DNA of 42,025 bases from Planctomycetota bacterium (lineage in GTDB: Bacteria; Planctomycetota; JACOTG01). The position numbers and the translations under genes were made by a program. How positions within the stretch are numbered: position 1 is the first letter of the stretch; each line of letters begins with the position of its first letter. Below the pieces are notes generated by a model that saw only the letters and a program-made list of their open reading frames with translations, had not been told where the DNA came from and did no database searches. Location: positions 1 to 42,025 of the forward strand of contig JACOTG010000272.1 of the NCBI GenBank assembly GCA_016178505.1. The letters are read 5' to 3'. Shown here piece by piece: positions 1-8,828 of this stretch.

Positions 1-137
1 TCCTCGGCGTGTTCTTCCAGCGCGTCGTCGGGACCACGTTCGCGGCGGGGCACCAGATCCAGTTCGCGGGGCAGTTCGGCGGACCGTGCGACGACAACGC
101 GGACCACGAGCCGTGCTCGTTGCCGCGCGTCGACTGA
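1..137 (+). CDS. 3' end of a partial CDS running off the window edge; reading frame 3, stop TGA at 135-137; product unknown
   Basis: Frame 3 translates to LGVFFQRVVGTTFAAGHQIQFAGQFGGPCDDNADHEPCSLPRVD* with very high GC3, typical of genuine coding frames in this window. No start codon lies within the window. Confidence 0.35.
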   Translation, partial: LGVFFQRVVGTTFAAGHQIQFAGQFGGPCDDNADHEPCSLPRVD

Positions 138-198
138 CGCCGCCGTCGGAGAGTGACTGACACTTTTGGCCGAACGCTCGCCGCGGTTCGGCGCAGCG

Positions 199-1464
199 TC
201 ACTGGATCTTCAAGATGACCGCGTTCGTGACGCTGTAGCCGAGAGGGCTGCTCGAGTTGTCGTCCTGGATCACAGCCTGCAACGTGAGTCGCGCGGCGCG
301 CGGGTAGCCGGAGTTTCGCGTGACCGTGAACGGCGCCGATGTCGGCCCCGGTAGGTGCCTGACGTTGTCGCAGTACTCGTCCGCCATGAGGGAACTCTTC
401 ATGCAACGGAAGGGCTGTGGCTGTGCCGTTGGATTGAACGGGGTCGGGTTCGCCGTGCAGCCGACGAGCATGTCCGTCACCCGGAGATCGAAGGGGTTCG
501 TCGGCAGGCCAGGCCACGTCCAGAGGACGTATTCGGCGGGATCCGGCCCGGACGGCGATGCAGCGAGCGTGATCGCGATCGGCTCCCCGATCGCGACCGT
601 GATGGTATCCGTCGCGCCGTTGACCGAAAGTACGGCCGCGGGGACGTCGTCGCCGGTGTTCACGTTCCCGACAAGGCAGTCCGTCACGGGATTGCAGCGG
701 AAGACCATGTCGTAATGAACGGGGCCCGACGCGGACGCGAGGCGCCACACGTAGTCGCCAGCGGGGAGTCCGACTTCGAGGCGCGCGCCGAGAATGCCGC
801 TTTCCGGGGTCACGTGGCTCGCCCCGAGGTACGTGCCGTCGCCTCTGTACAGCGTGAGCGTGTGATCCGACACCTCCGGAACCGTGAACACGTACGCGGC
901 GACGTGTGAAGCCGTGCCGACCGAGAAGCTCCAGTAGTCGAGATCGCTCGAGTCCGAGATGTCGCCGCCGAGTCCGCCGGGCACGCAGCTCGCGGGGCTC
1001 GCGGAGGCGATGTCGTCGTTCGGCTCGAGTTCCTCGACGATCGAGGGACAGAAGAAGCGCAGCGAGTAGCTGAACGTGTCGTCTGCGTTCTTCGCCGAGA
1101 CGCGAATGAAGTAGACCCCGGGCGCCTGATCGATTCGACCCAGATGGCTGCCGAGTCCCTCGCCGGAGTCGTCGTCCGAATCGATGAGCGTCGTTCCGTC
1201 CGACGCGAAGAGCTCGAGCAACGAGTCTCCGCTCGTGGTGGTGTAGAACGCGAGATCCGACGTCCGGTTCAGCGTCAGCCGGAATACGTCCTTGTCGCCG
1301 GCGGGCGAGATCGCCGCGGTGGCGAGATCGTTGCAGCGAACGACGTTCGCCGTTTCCGGCGTGTCGTTGGATTCGCTTTCCGGCACGCTCGCTGCGAATG
1401 CAGCTTCGGAGACGAGGGCGAGGACGAGAAGGGTCTTGGCGGCGTGTTCGAAGGGGTGACTCAC
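199..1464 (-). CDS. Secreted protein with two PPC (pre-peptidase C-terminal-like) domains followed by the shared C-terminal domain (CTD family member A)
   Basis: ORF 199..1641. The likely true start is the GTG at about 1464, giving a signal peptide VSHPFEHAAKTLLVLALVSEAAFAAS. Two PPC-like modules are present (ESNDTPETA..GDKDVFRLTL..GVYFIRV and EPNDDIASA..DLDYWSFSV..LTLYRGDG). The C-terminus has ..CTANPTPFNPTAQPQPFRC..GYSVTNAVILKIQ, conserved with four other proteins in the window. Confidence 0.8.
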   Translation of the reverse strand: MSHPFEHAAKTLLVLALVSEAAFAASVPESESNDTPETANVVRCNDLATAAISPAGDKDVFRLTLNRTSDLAFYTTTSGDSLLELFASDGTTLIDSDDDSGEGLGSHLGRIDQAPGVYFIRVSAKNADDTFSYSLRFFCPSIVEELEPNDDIASASPASCVPGGLGGDISDSSDLDYWSFSVGTASHVAAYVFTVPEVSDHTLTLYRGDGTYLGASHVTPESGILGARLEVGLPAGDYVWRLASASGPVHYDMVFRCNPVTDCLVGNVNTGDDVPAAVLSVNGATDTITVAIGEPIAITLAASPSGPDPAEYVLWTWPGLPTNPFDLRVTDMLVGCTANPTPFNPTAQPQPFRCMKSSLMADEYCDNVRHLPGPTSAPFTVTRNSGYPRAARLTLQAVIQDDNSSSPLGYSVTNAVILKIQ

Positions 1465-1727
1465 GTCTGTTCTCCGGATACGGCCTAAGGAGAAGAACGA
1501 ACGCACTCGGGCTGCAAGATCGCTTTCGCCGCGAGGGGGCGACGACGATGCGAACGCGCAGCCGAAGAATAGGTGACGGTCAGAAGTGGGTGTGAATCGG
1601 TGAACTCCCGAATGCTCGCAACATCGAGCCCTCGGCACCAAGAGTCCAAGGGCCGGGGAGTCTATCCCACGATTTCGCCATCGTCCAATCGCCCGGCGTC
1701 ACGCGGTCCGTTTCGAATCGGTCGCTC

Positions 1728-2342
1728 TCAGCGATTGCGAACGCCAGGATCCTTCTCGTAGGCGGAGCCCATCACGCAGAGCTGATGGAGCGTCTCGGCG
1801 AAGAGATCGAACATGCCTTTCAGCCGATTCACGTCCTTCACGATGCCGTGTATTTGGAAGTGAAGCTCGTCGACGCCCTCGGGGAATTGGGGTCCGAACC
1901 AGCCCTCGTCGTCCTTGACCTGAAAGTGGACGGCCGGCTGGGCGCGCAGGAGCTGGCGGATCTGCGCGCTCTGGAGCAGGGTCCGCACCTTCGCCTCGTC
2001 GTTTCCCTTGAAGATGAACGCGTCGTCCAGCTCGGAATCGCCGACCTCGATGTCTTGCATCCCGAAGCGCTTTCCCAAGCCGCTGAAGATCGTCTTCCGG
2101 TAGATCTCGAACCGGAATCCGTCGCGATTCACGTAAGGCGCTCGCAGGCGGGTGAACGGATGGCTCGACTTGCCCGTCGAAACCACGAAGACGTCGAGAG
2201 TCACGGTCCACTCGCCGACGTGCGCCTCGACGCGGCTTCTTTGCCACCAACGGCCGTCGACGAACTCGGCGCCGATCTGTCGGCTGAGGTCCCGCCACAC
2301 TTCGTCTCGACTCGGACCGAACAGCTTCCTCAGGATCGTCAT
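1728..2342 (-). CDS. Hypothetical protein (204 aa), immediately downstream of the Ser/Thr kinase on the same strand
   Basis: Balanced, non-Arg-rich composition in a correctly biased frame. The gap to the kinase stop is 22 nt. I recognise no domain. Confidence 0.5.
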   Translation of the reverse strand: MTILRKLFGPSRDEVWRDLSRQIGAEFVDGRWWQRSRVEAHVGEWTVTLDVFVVSTGKSSHPFTRLRAPYVNRDGFRFEIYRKTIFSGLGKRFGMQDIEVGDSELDDAFIFKGNDEAKVRTLLQSAQIRQLLRAQPAVHFQVKDDEGWFGPQFPEGVDELHFQIHGIVKDVNRLKGMFDLFAETLHQLCVMGSAYEKDPGVRNR

Positions 2343-2364
2343 GGGTCGTCTCCCGAAATCACGG

Positions 2365-4653
2365 TTAGTGTTTGTTCGACGTCGGAGCCGGCGGCCTCGC
2401 GACGAGCGGCGGAAGCCCTTCGTAGTCGATCCATCGCAGCGTCTCGATGTCCGGCAACAGCCCTCTCGCTTGTCCGGCCTTGTATTGATCGTTGGCGAAG
2501 CGGCGAGAGTCGTTGCCCGCTTCGTCGAGCACGAAACAAACCTCAGGCGGCCATCGAATCCCTTCGTTCTCCCAAACGCTTGCCGCGAGCGTCACGGCGC
2601 GCGGCGAAGTCAACTCGACGCCGCCCCAGTCGATCCGCGTGTGAATCGTGCGCAATGCCGCGAGGTTCTCGACCGGCCCGAGCCACTTGTACCAGACGAG
2701 CAAAGGGTCCTCGCGACGACCGCTTCGCACCAGGAAACGCTCGCGCTCGATGTGACCGTCCTCGACACGAAGCGCGAAAGCGACGATCGGATAGGGCATG
2801 TTCGGCAAGTCGAAGCCGTGCTCGTCCCATCGCGTTTCGCTGTTCATGCCGCTCATCACGAGCTCGTTCGATTCCCGCATCCAATGCACGCTGATGATCC
2901 CGCCGTCGTGCCAAGCGAGGAATCGCTCGTTGCCCACGAGGTCGAACACGCGAATCGCTTCCTGCGAGTACGGGGACGAATTCTCAACGACGACCACCTC
3001 GAGCCCCGGCGACCCCGGGATGAAGTCGTCGACGAGGAGATTGTCGGGAACGAAGTGAGCTTCGGGACGGCGCGGCACGCTCGAAGGCAGCTCCACTGGA
3101 CAGGCTGCGGACGTCCACACCGGATCGTTCGGTCGTTCGACGTCGTAGAAGCAGACGCGGCCCGCCATCGATCCATTGCCGGGCGCGAGCGAGTACGCGA
3201 CGACGGCAACGCGACCTCCGCCGAAGACCGACGAGCGGTCGACCATCGTCGCGCCGAGGATCGAGCCCTCCGCGCCGCCGCCCCACGTGTGCAGTCGGTA
3301 TCCAGTGACCGTTTCGAGGACAGCCGCGCGACGAGATGGGTCGACGCTCACGTGGCCGGGGCGTTGCTGGAGCCAGTAGATCCCGAGGGACGCCGTCAGT
3401 CCCACCGCCGCGAGCCCCACGACCAATCCCGCCGCGGCCGTCGTGACGAGCGGATGACGCGCCACCCAACGAACGGCTCGGCTCCATCTTCCCGGGAGGC
3501 GCGCGTCGATGGTCTCGCCCGCGAGATGGCGGCGCAGGTCGCGCGCCAGATCCGCGGCCGATTGATAACGGTTCTCTCGTCGCTTCTCGAGTGCCTTCAG
3601 GAGGATCGTTTCGATGTCGCCTCCGAGGCTTTTCGATATCTGGCTCGGCCGGAGCGGCGGCGTCGACACGACTTCCTTCGCCGCGCGCGCGATCGGAAGA
3701 TCGCGGACGTCGTACGGGAGACGCTCGCACGCGAGTTCGTAGAGCAACACGCCGAGCGAGTAGACGTCGCTTCGCACGTCGACGTCGTGCGGATGGCCGT
3801 CGGCCTGTTCCGGGCTGACGTACTGGATCGTCCCGAGGAAGTGCGCGTCGATCGTGAGGATCGTCGCGTTCGAGTCGTCGGGCGTGGTCGCGCGAGCGAT
3901 TCCGAAGTCGATCACCTTCGGTTGACCCGATGCGTCGACGAGGACGTTCGCCGGCTTGATGTCGCGATGGATGACGCCGCGTTGATGCGCGTGCTGCACG
4001 GCATCGCAGACGCTCGCGAAGAGACGGAGGCGCTCCCTCACGTCAAGCCCGGCGTCGCGCGCGTGCGCGAGCAGCGGCTTTCCGTCGACGAACTCCATCG
4101 AGAAGTAGGGTTGCGTGCCGAGCTCGGTTTCCGCCGTGCCGGCTTCGAAAATTTGCGCGATGCCGGGATGCTGGAGACGCGCGAGGATCGCCACCTCGGC
4201 GTCGAATCGGCGCAGAGTCCGCTCGGTCAGGAGACCTGGACGGATCACCTTCAGTGCGACGACTCGCCGCGTGTGTTGTTGCAGCGCGCGATAGACGACG
4301 CCCATTCCTCCTTGATCGATGACGCCGAGGATCTGGAAGGGACCGATAACGGCGGGATGGCGCTCGATCGGGCGAGCGCTCTCGACCTCGGCCGAGGCGC
4401 GCGCGTCGTCGTTGAAGAGCATCGCCTCGATCTCGGCGCGCAGCTCGAGGTCACCGCCGCAGGCTTCATCGAGGAAAAACGTACGCTGCTCGATCGCGAG
4501 GCGGCGGACTTCGAGAAACAGCTTGGGCAGGCGCTTTTCCCCTTCGGGCGTCATGTCGCGTCGCGTCCCCCCGTTTCGAGTCCTCGTCCGCGTGCGAGAC
4601 GAACGCAGTACTTCAATGAGAGGGATTCTCACCGACGCGATGGGCCGATTCAA
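2365..4653 (-). CDS. Membrane-anchored serine/threonine protein kinase with a large extracytoplasmic C-terminal domain
   Basis: Kinase motifs ALKVI (VAIK-like), HRDIKPANVLVD and DFGIA are present. The N-terminal region has ..FFLDEACGGDLELRAEIEAMLF.. typical of Acidobacteria-type STKs. One TM helix (VTTAAAGLVVGLAAVGLTASLGIYWL) is followed by about 330 aa of extracellular domain. The start may be the internal Met (MTPEGEK..). Confidence 0.9.
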   Translation of the reverse strand: MNRPIASVRIPLIEVLRSSRTRTRTRNGGTRRDMTPEGEKRLPKLFLEVRRLAIEQRTFFLDEACGGDLELRAEIEAMLFNDDARASAEVESARPIERHPAVIGPFQILGVIDQGGMGVVYRALQQHTRRVVALKVIRPGLLTERTLRRFDAEVAILARLQHPGIAQIFEAGTAETELGTQPYFSMEFVDGKPLLAHARDAGLDVRERLRLFASVCDAVQHAHQRGVIHRDIKPANVLVDASGQPKVIDFGIARATTPDDSNATILTIDAHFLGTIQYVSPEQADGHPHDVDVRSDVYSLGVLLYELACERLPYDVRDLPIARAAKEVVSTPPLRPSQISKSLGGDIETILLKALEKRRENRYQSAADLARDLRRHLAGETIDARLPGRWSRAVRWVARHPLVTTAAAGLVVGLAAVGLTASLGIYWLQQRPGHVSVDPSRRAAVLETVTGYRLHTWGGGAEGSILGATMVDRSSVFGGGRVAVVAYSLAPGNGSMAGRVCFYDVERPNDPVWTSAACPVELPSSVPRRPEAHFVPDNLLVDDFIPGSPGLEVVVVENSSPYSQEAIRVFDLVGNERFLAWHDGGIISVHWMRESNELVMSGMNSETRWDEHGFDLPNMPYPIVAFALRVEDGHIERERFLVRSGRREDPLLVWYKWLGPVENLAALRTIHTRIDWGGVELTSPRAVTLAASVWENEGIRWPPEVCFVLDEAGNDSRRFANDQYKAGQARGLLPDIETLRWIDYEGLPPLVARPPAPTSNKH

Positions 4654-4671
4654 GGCGGCCCGAGCGAGCGC

Positions 4672-5120
4672 CTACCGACGGCGGTTCGCGACGATCTTCG
4701 GGAACGACCGCGCGTGGATTTCGTCGATCGTGACGCCCGTCTTCGCCTTCGCCTCTTCCTCGGTGAGGGCGCCGCAGTTCACGGCACGCAAGAAGAAGTT
4801 CAACAGACCTTGGCCGGTCGCCGCATCGTCGAAGACTTCGCCAACGAGGGTTGCTCGTGCGGCGCTCTCCACGAAATGGCGGAGACGCTCGGCCGCCGCG
4901 TCGACGCTCTCGAAGAAGAACGCGTAGACCGCGAGTCCGCGCGGAAGAGATGCGCGCCGCCGTACACCGTGTGGATCGGTTGGCGACGCGTGGGTTCGCC
5001 CGGGTAGTGCGCCGACACCTCGGCATTGGCGCGCCGAACGCGCTCGAGTGCGGATCGCACGGCGTCGCCGGAAAAAGAAGTCGGTCGGTCCATCGCAAAG
5101 CCTCTCGGTTGGTTCGGCGT
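4672..5120 (-). pseudogene. Hypothetical protein interrupted by an apparent frameshift near 4990-5000 (two overlapping reading frames each carry half of a plausible protein)
   Basis: ORF 4800..5147 gives MDRPTSFSGDAVRSALERVRRANAEVSAHYPGEPTRRQPIHTVYGGAHLF with good composition, then becomes low complexity. ORF 4672..5172 becomes protein-like only from ..LAVYAFFFESVDAAAERLRHFVESAARATLVGEVFDDAATGQGLLNFFLRAVNCGALTEEEAKAKTGVTIDEIHARSFPKIVANRRR. This could be a genuine frameshift or a sequencing error. Confidence 0.35.
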
Positions 5121-5182
5121 GACGTCGATCGGATCCGCAAAAGGCATCGCTGCGCCGCCTCCCCCGCGCCACGGAGCCAGGG

Positions 5183-5300
5183 GTACGGAGCCAGGGTCAA
5201 CTCCGGCGGATTATTCCGCACTCGAACTCGGGATCGTAGCGTCGCCGACGGACCCCGCAACTGGGGAAAAATGTGGCGGAGTCGAGCCTGGCTCCGTACC
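5183..5300. repeat. Intergenic repeat element copy 1, about 118 bp with imperfect 19-bp terminal inverted repeats GTACGGAGCCAGGGTCAAC ... GTCGAGCCTGGCTCCGTAC, preceded by a partial tandem duplicate ACGGAGCCAGG
   Basis: It aligns closely with a second copy at about 8602..8717. Both ORF-track read-through translations show the same peptide, TEPGSTPADY..DP(A/E)TG(E/K)... Confidence 0.7.
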
Positions 5301-5860
5301 TCGAGTTTCGCCGCGGCGCGCTTCGCGTGCGGACCGACTTCTTCACGAGACCGCCGCGAATCTCGGCCTCCGCTCTCCGCCGACTCTGGAAGGAGCAAGA
5401 GGACCGAGATCCTCCGTTCGTAGGCCCGGTCGACCTCGCTCTGTTGAAGCAAACGGATCGAGAAAAGGACTACGCGGTGATCGGCGAGCTGGCGCGGTTG
5501 ATGGTCGATCCGAAAGAGCAGCTTCTCTTCTCGCGGAGTGCTCGCGACCTGATGCGACTCGGAGCCGAGCACGTCGAGTTGGCTCGGCGACTGTCGATAA
5601 AGCGACCGCTCCTGCGTCGTCTCGGCGGCACGCGGCAAGAGATCGAGCGCGAGCTCGACGCGGAGCGCCGCGCGTCGATGCGCGCGAACGAGCAACGCCT
5701 TTCGCGATTCGAGCGAGCGGCAAGGCGGTGGCGCGCCGCATGGGTTGGGGTCGACCGAGAGATCGCCGCGCTCCGCCTCATCGAAGCCCACCGGATCGTG
5801 GCGCGACGAGCCGTCGGTGTCTTGCCCTTTCGGGCGACGAGTGGGAGGTCACGACCGTGA
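5273..5860 (+). CDS. Hypothetical protein; the start is uncertain and the N-terminus overlaps the repeat element
   Basis: High GC3 and a protein-like composition (..DYAVIGELARLMVDPKEQLLFSRSARDLMRLGAEHVELARRL..). Its stop overlaps the GTG start of the next ORF (GTGA). Confidence 0.4.
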   Translation: MAESSLAPYLEFRRGALRVRTDFFTRPPRISASALRRLWKEQEDRDPPFVGPVDLALLKQTDREKDYAVIGELARLMVDPKEQLLFSRSARDLMRLGAEHVELARRLSIKRPLLRRLGGTRQEIERELDAERRASMRANEQRLSRFERAARRWRAAWVGVDREIAALRLIEAHRIVARRAVGVLPFRATSGRSRP

Positions 5861-6141
5861 GTGAGAAACGCGACGAGTTCTTGAGCGAGGAGGACCTCGA
5901 CCTTCGATCGCTTACGTTGAGAGAGCTGATCGCCTACTGGAACCTGTGGCTCAGGCAAGCGCAGGCGTCGAACGACCTCGATCGGCTCACCTACTCGCAC
6001 GGCGTCTTTCGAACCGAGCCCGACGTGCGGGCGCTGGCGCGAGCAGCGACGGCGAACAAGCCGCGCGAGCCGCGTCGCACGGCGTCGAGATCCGGCGGCA
6101 AGACCGTGCGTCGCTCGCGGGCGCCGCGCAAGCACCGCTGA
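5857..6141 (+). CDS. Small hypothetical protein (94 aa) with a GTG start overlapping the upstream stop
   Basis: VSEKRDEFLSEEDLDLRSLTLRELIAYWNLWLRQAQASNDLDRLTYSHGVFRTEPDVRALARAATANKPREPRRTASRSGGKTVRRSRAPRKHR reads as a structured N-terminus with a basic tail. GC3 bias is high and it sits in frame within ORF 5026..6141. Confidence 0.4.
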   Translation: MSEKRDEFLSEEDLDLRSLTLRELIAYWNLWLRQAQASNDLDRLTYSHGVFRTEPDVRALARAATANKPREPRRTASRSGGKTVRRSRAPRKHR

Positions 6142-6224
6142 ACTCACGTCGCCCATCCCACGATCGAGCAATCGCGACGTCGCCCTTGTTGGCGATGGGC
6201 GATCCAGTTCAGAATCCCGCCCCA

Positions 6225-7700
6225 ATGAAACGCTGGCTCACGCCGTGGCGAGTCGTCGGGTTCGCGGCCGGCATCGCGGCGTTCCTTGCGATCGCGCTCG
6301 CCGACTCGCCGCTCCACCACGTCGAGGGGATGGGGCGCCGCCCGGCGTACGCGGCCGCCGTCACGTCGCTCATGGCGATTTGGTGGCTCACCGAAGCGTT
6401 GCCGATCCTCGTCACCGCGTGCGTGCCGCTCGTGCTGTTCCCGCTGCTCGGCGTTTTTGGCGACGGCTTGGGCGTCAACGTTGGGAGCACAATGCGCCCC
6501 TACGTCGATCCGTACATCTGGCTCTTCATGGGCGGGATGGCGATCGCGGCCGCGATGCAGCAGTGGCGGCTGCACAAGCGCATTGCGCTTTCGATCATGA
6601 AGGCGATCGGCACCGAGCCGAAGCGGCTCTTGCTGGGGCTCCTCGTCGCGACGGCGTTCATCTCGCTTTGGATCTCGAACACGGCGACTGCCACGATGAT
6701 GCTGCCGATCGGGCTCGCGATCATCGCGCAGCTCGAGGCGCAGTCGGGCGGCCGGCGGCTCGAGCACTACGGCGCGTCGCTGATGCTCGCGATCGCGTAC
6801 GCCTCGAACGTCGGCGGCATCGGCACGAAGGTCGGCACCGCGCCGAACACGCAGTTCGCGGGCTTCTGCTCGCAGAACCTCGGCATCGAGGTCTCGTTCC
6901 TGAAGTTCGTGGCGCTCGGCCTTCCGTTCGTCGCGATGTTCCTGCCGATCGTCTGGTGGGCGCTGTGGCGTACGGGCCGGCACGATGCACCGCACTCGTC
7001 TGCGTCGGTCGTCGAGCGCGAGCTCGCCGCGCTCGGCCCGATGCGTCGCGAGGAAAAAGCGGTGCTCGGCATGTTCCTCGTGACCGCCGCGTTGTGGATC
7101 TCGAGCCAACCGATCACGGCGATGCTGCGGCCGCTGGGCAACGGCATCGTTTCCGATTTCGGCTCGAAGTACGTCGAAGGGACGATTGCGATCGTGGCGG
7201 CGCTCGTGCTCCTCGCGACGCGACTCCTCGATCGGCGACAACTGCGTACCGTCCCATGGCTGACGCTGATCCTTCTCGGCGGCGGCTTCTCCATGGCGGC
7301 GGGGATCGAGAAGAGCGGGCTGTCGTCGTGGCTCGGAAGCGAGCTTCGGGTGCTCCGCGACGTGCCGCCGGTCGCGCAGGTCGCGGTGGCGAGCTTTGCT
7401 GCCGTCGGGCTCAGCGCGGTGTGCTCGAACTCCGCGACGGTCGCCGTGATGCTCGGCGTTCTCTACCGCGCCGTGTCGCGCACGGAGGTGATGAGCGCGC
7501 TCGCCGCGACGACGCTCGGCGCCTCGTGCGACTTCATGCTCCCCGCGGGCACGCCGCCAAACGCCATCGTCTTCGGCAGCGGCTATCTCACGATCCGGCG
7601 CATGGCAAAGACGGGCGTCGTGCTCGACCTTCTCGCGGCCACGCTCGTCGCGATCTGGTGCTCGATCGTGACACGATTCCTCTTCGCGACGCCCGCATGA
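6225..7700 (+). CDS. DASS/SLC13 family anion:sodium symporter (sulfate/di- or tricarboxylate permease type)
   Basis: It is polytopic, with the hallmark SNTATATMMLPI and a second SNSATVAVMLGV repeat typical of DASS/SLC13 transporters. The start is set at MKRWLTPWRVVGFAAGIAAFLAIALA (ATG 6225), in frame with ORF 5946..7700. Confidence 0.85.
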   Translation: MKRWLTPWRVVGFAAGIAAFLAIALADSPLHHVEGMGRRPAYAAAVTSLMAIWWLTEALPILVTACVPLVLFPLLGVFGDGLGVNVGSTMRPYVDPYIWLFMGGMAIAAAMQQWRLHKRIALSIMKAIGTEPKRLLLGLLVATAFISLWISNTATATMMLPIGLAIIAQLEAQSGGRRLEHYGASLMLAIAYASNVGGIGTKVGTAPNTQFAGFCSQNLGIEVSFLKFVALGLPFVAMFLPIVWWALWRTGRHDAPHSSASVVERELAALGPMRREEKAVLGMFLVTAALWISSQPITAMLRPLGNGIVSDFGSKYVEGTIAIVAALVLLATRLLDRRQLRTVPWLTLILLGGGFSMAAGIEKSGLSSWLGSELRVLRDVPPVAQVAVASFAAVGLSAVCSNSATVAVMLGVLYRAVSRTEVMSALAATTLGASCDFMLPAGTPPNAIVFGSGYLTIRRMAKTGVVLDLLAATLVAIWCSIVTRFLFATPA

Positions 7701-8593
7701 GTGAGATCGCGCTGCGAGTGCGCGGGCCGCTCGACGTCGCGGCGACGCTGGCGCGCTATCGCCGCTTCGGCGACGACCCAACGAACGCGTTCGCCGGCGA
7801 TTCGCTCGTTCGCGCGCTGCGCGTCGAGGGCGAGGTCGTGCCGTACGAGGTGCGCTGGTCCGGGCCCGTCGATGACGTGCGTCTCGCGGCGCGCGTCTCC
7901 GGGCGTGCGCGTGCGCGCGTCGTGGACGCCGTCACCGCCGACGTCGAGAGGGTCTTCGGGCTCGGCTTCGACATCGACGGCTTCTACGCGATGGCGAAAC
8001 GGGACCGCGTGCTCTCTCCGCTCGTTCGCCGGCACCACGGCTTCCGCCCGACGCTCGGGTCGAGTGCGCTCGAGAGCCTCGTGGGCGCGATCGTCGCTCA
8101 GCAGGTGAATCTCACGTTCGCGTTCCGACTGCGCGAGCGGCTCGTGAGGCGGTGGGGCACCGAAGCGTCGTTCGCGCGAAGCAGGGTCTTCGCGTTCCCC
8201 GAGCCCTCGACGATCGCGCGAGCACTGCTGGCCGAACTTCGAGCGATGCACTACTCGCAACGGAAGGCCGAGTACGTGATCGAGGTCGCGCGCGCGCTCG
8301 CATCCGGATCGCTGGAGGCGGCCGCACTCGCGGCGTCCGACGACGCGACCGTGATCGAACGACTCACGGCGATTCGAGGGATCGGCCGCTGGTCGGCCGA
8401 TTGGTACCTCGCGCGCCACCTCGGCCGGGGCGCCGTGTGTCCCGCCGGTGACCTCGCCGTGCGCAAGGCGTTCGTCCGCTTCTGCGGCATCGCGCCGACC
8501 GCCCGCGAGGACGCCATCCGAAAGCGCTCCGCGGCGTGGGGCGCGCACCAAAACCTGGCAATCCACTACCTCCTCGCCGGGCTGCGGACGTGA
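7697..8593 (+). CDS. alkA: DNA-3-methyladenine glycosylase II-like (AlkA / HhH-GPD superfamily) base-excision repair glycosylase
   Basis: It has an AlkA-like N-terminal domain (MSEIALRVRGPLD..) and an HhH-GPD region (..LTAIRGIGRWSADWYLARHLGRGAVCPAGDLAVRKAF..). The ATG overlaps the transporter stop as ATGA. Confidence 0.75.
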   Translation: MSEIALRVRGPLDVAATLARYRRFGDDPTNAFAGDSLVRALRVEGEVVPYEVRWSGPVDDVRLAARVSGRARARVVDAVTADVERVFGLGFDIDGFYAMAKRDRVLSPLVRRHHGFRPTLGSSALESLVGAIVAQQVNLTFAFRLRERLVRRWGTEASFARSRVFAFPEPSTIARALLAELRAMHYSQRKAEYVIEVARALASGSLEAAALAASDDATVIERLTAIRGIGRWSADWYLARHLGRGAVCPAGDLAVRKAFVRFCGIAPTAREDAIRKRSAAWGAHQNLAIHYLLAGLRT

Positions 8594-8601
8594 ACCCACG
8601 C

Positions 8602-8717
8602 GTACGGAGCCAGGGTCAACGCCGGCGGATTATTTCACACCCGAACTCTTGACGGTCGCGACGCCGTCGGATCCCGAGACTGGGAAAAACGTGGTGGAGT
8701 TGAGCCTCGCTCCGTAC
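8602..8717. repeat. Intergenic repeat element copy 2 with terminal inverted repeats GTACGGAGCCAGGGTCAAC ... GTTGAGCCTCGCTCCGTAC
   Basis: It is about 80% identical to copy 1 over roughly 116 bp and lies between alkA and the next gene. Confidence 0.7.
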
Positions 8718-8828
8718 TCGGCAAATGGACCGCAAAGCCACGCGCTAGTTAGCGTCGCCCGGGATATCATTCAGCCGGCGTCCGCATCGCCAGCCGTGCG
8801 AAGCCCGCATGAGAAGAGAGGAACGGTC

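Noticed and set aside
1690-1730. tRNA-like T-loop motif GGTCCGTTTCGAATCGG, and a similar GGTTCGAACC at about 20185
   Set aside because: There is no acceptor-stem complementarity or cloverleaf context. The motifs are isolated short matches.
2152-5007. 951-aa plus-strand ORF (and 1785..2894) overlapping the kinase locus
   Set aside because: It is extremely Arg/Pro/Ala-rich with low complexity and is antisense to a well-supported kinase gene. This is the typical shadow ORF of high-GC DNA.
8448-8828. 5' extension of the esterase-like ORF (track start 8448)
   Set aside because: The extension is read-through of the intergenic repeat element (TEPGSTPADY...). The genuine start with a signal peptide is at 8829.
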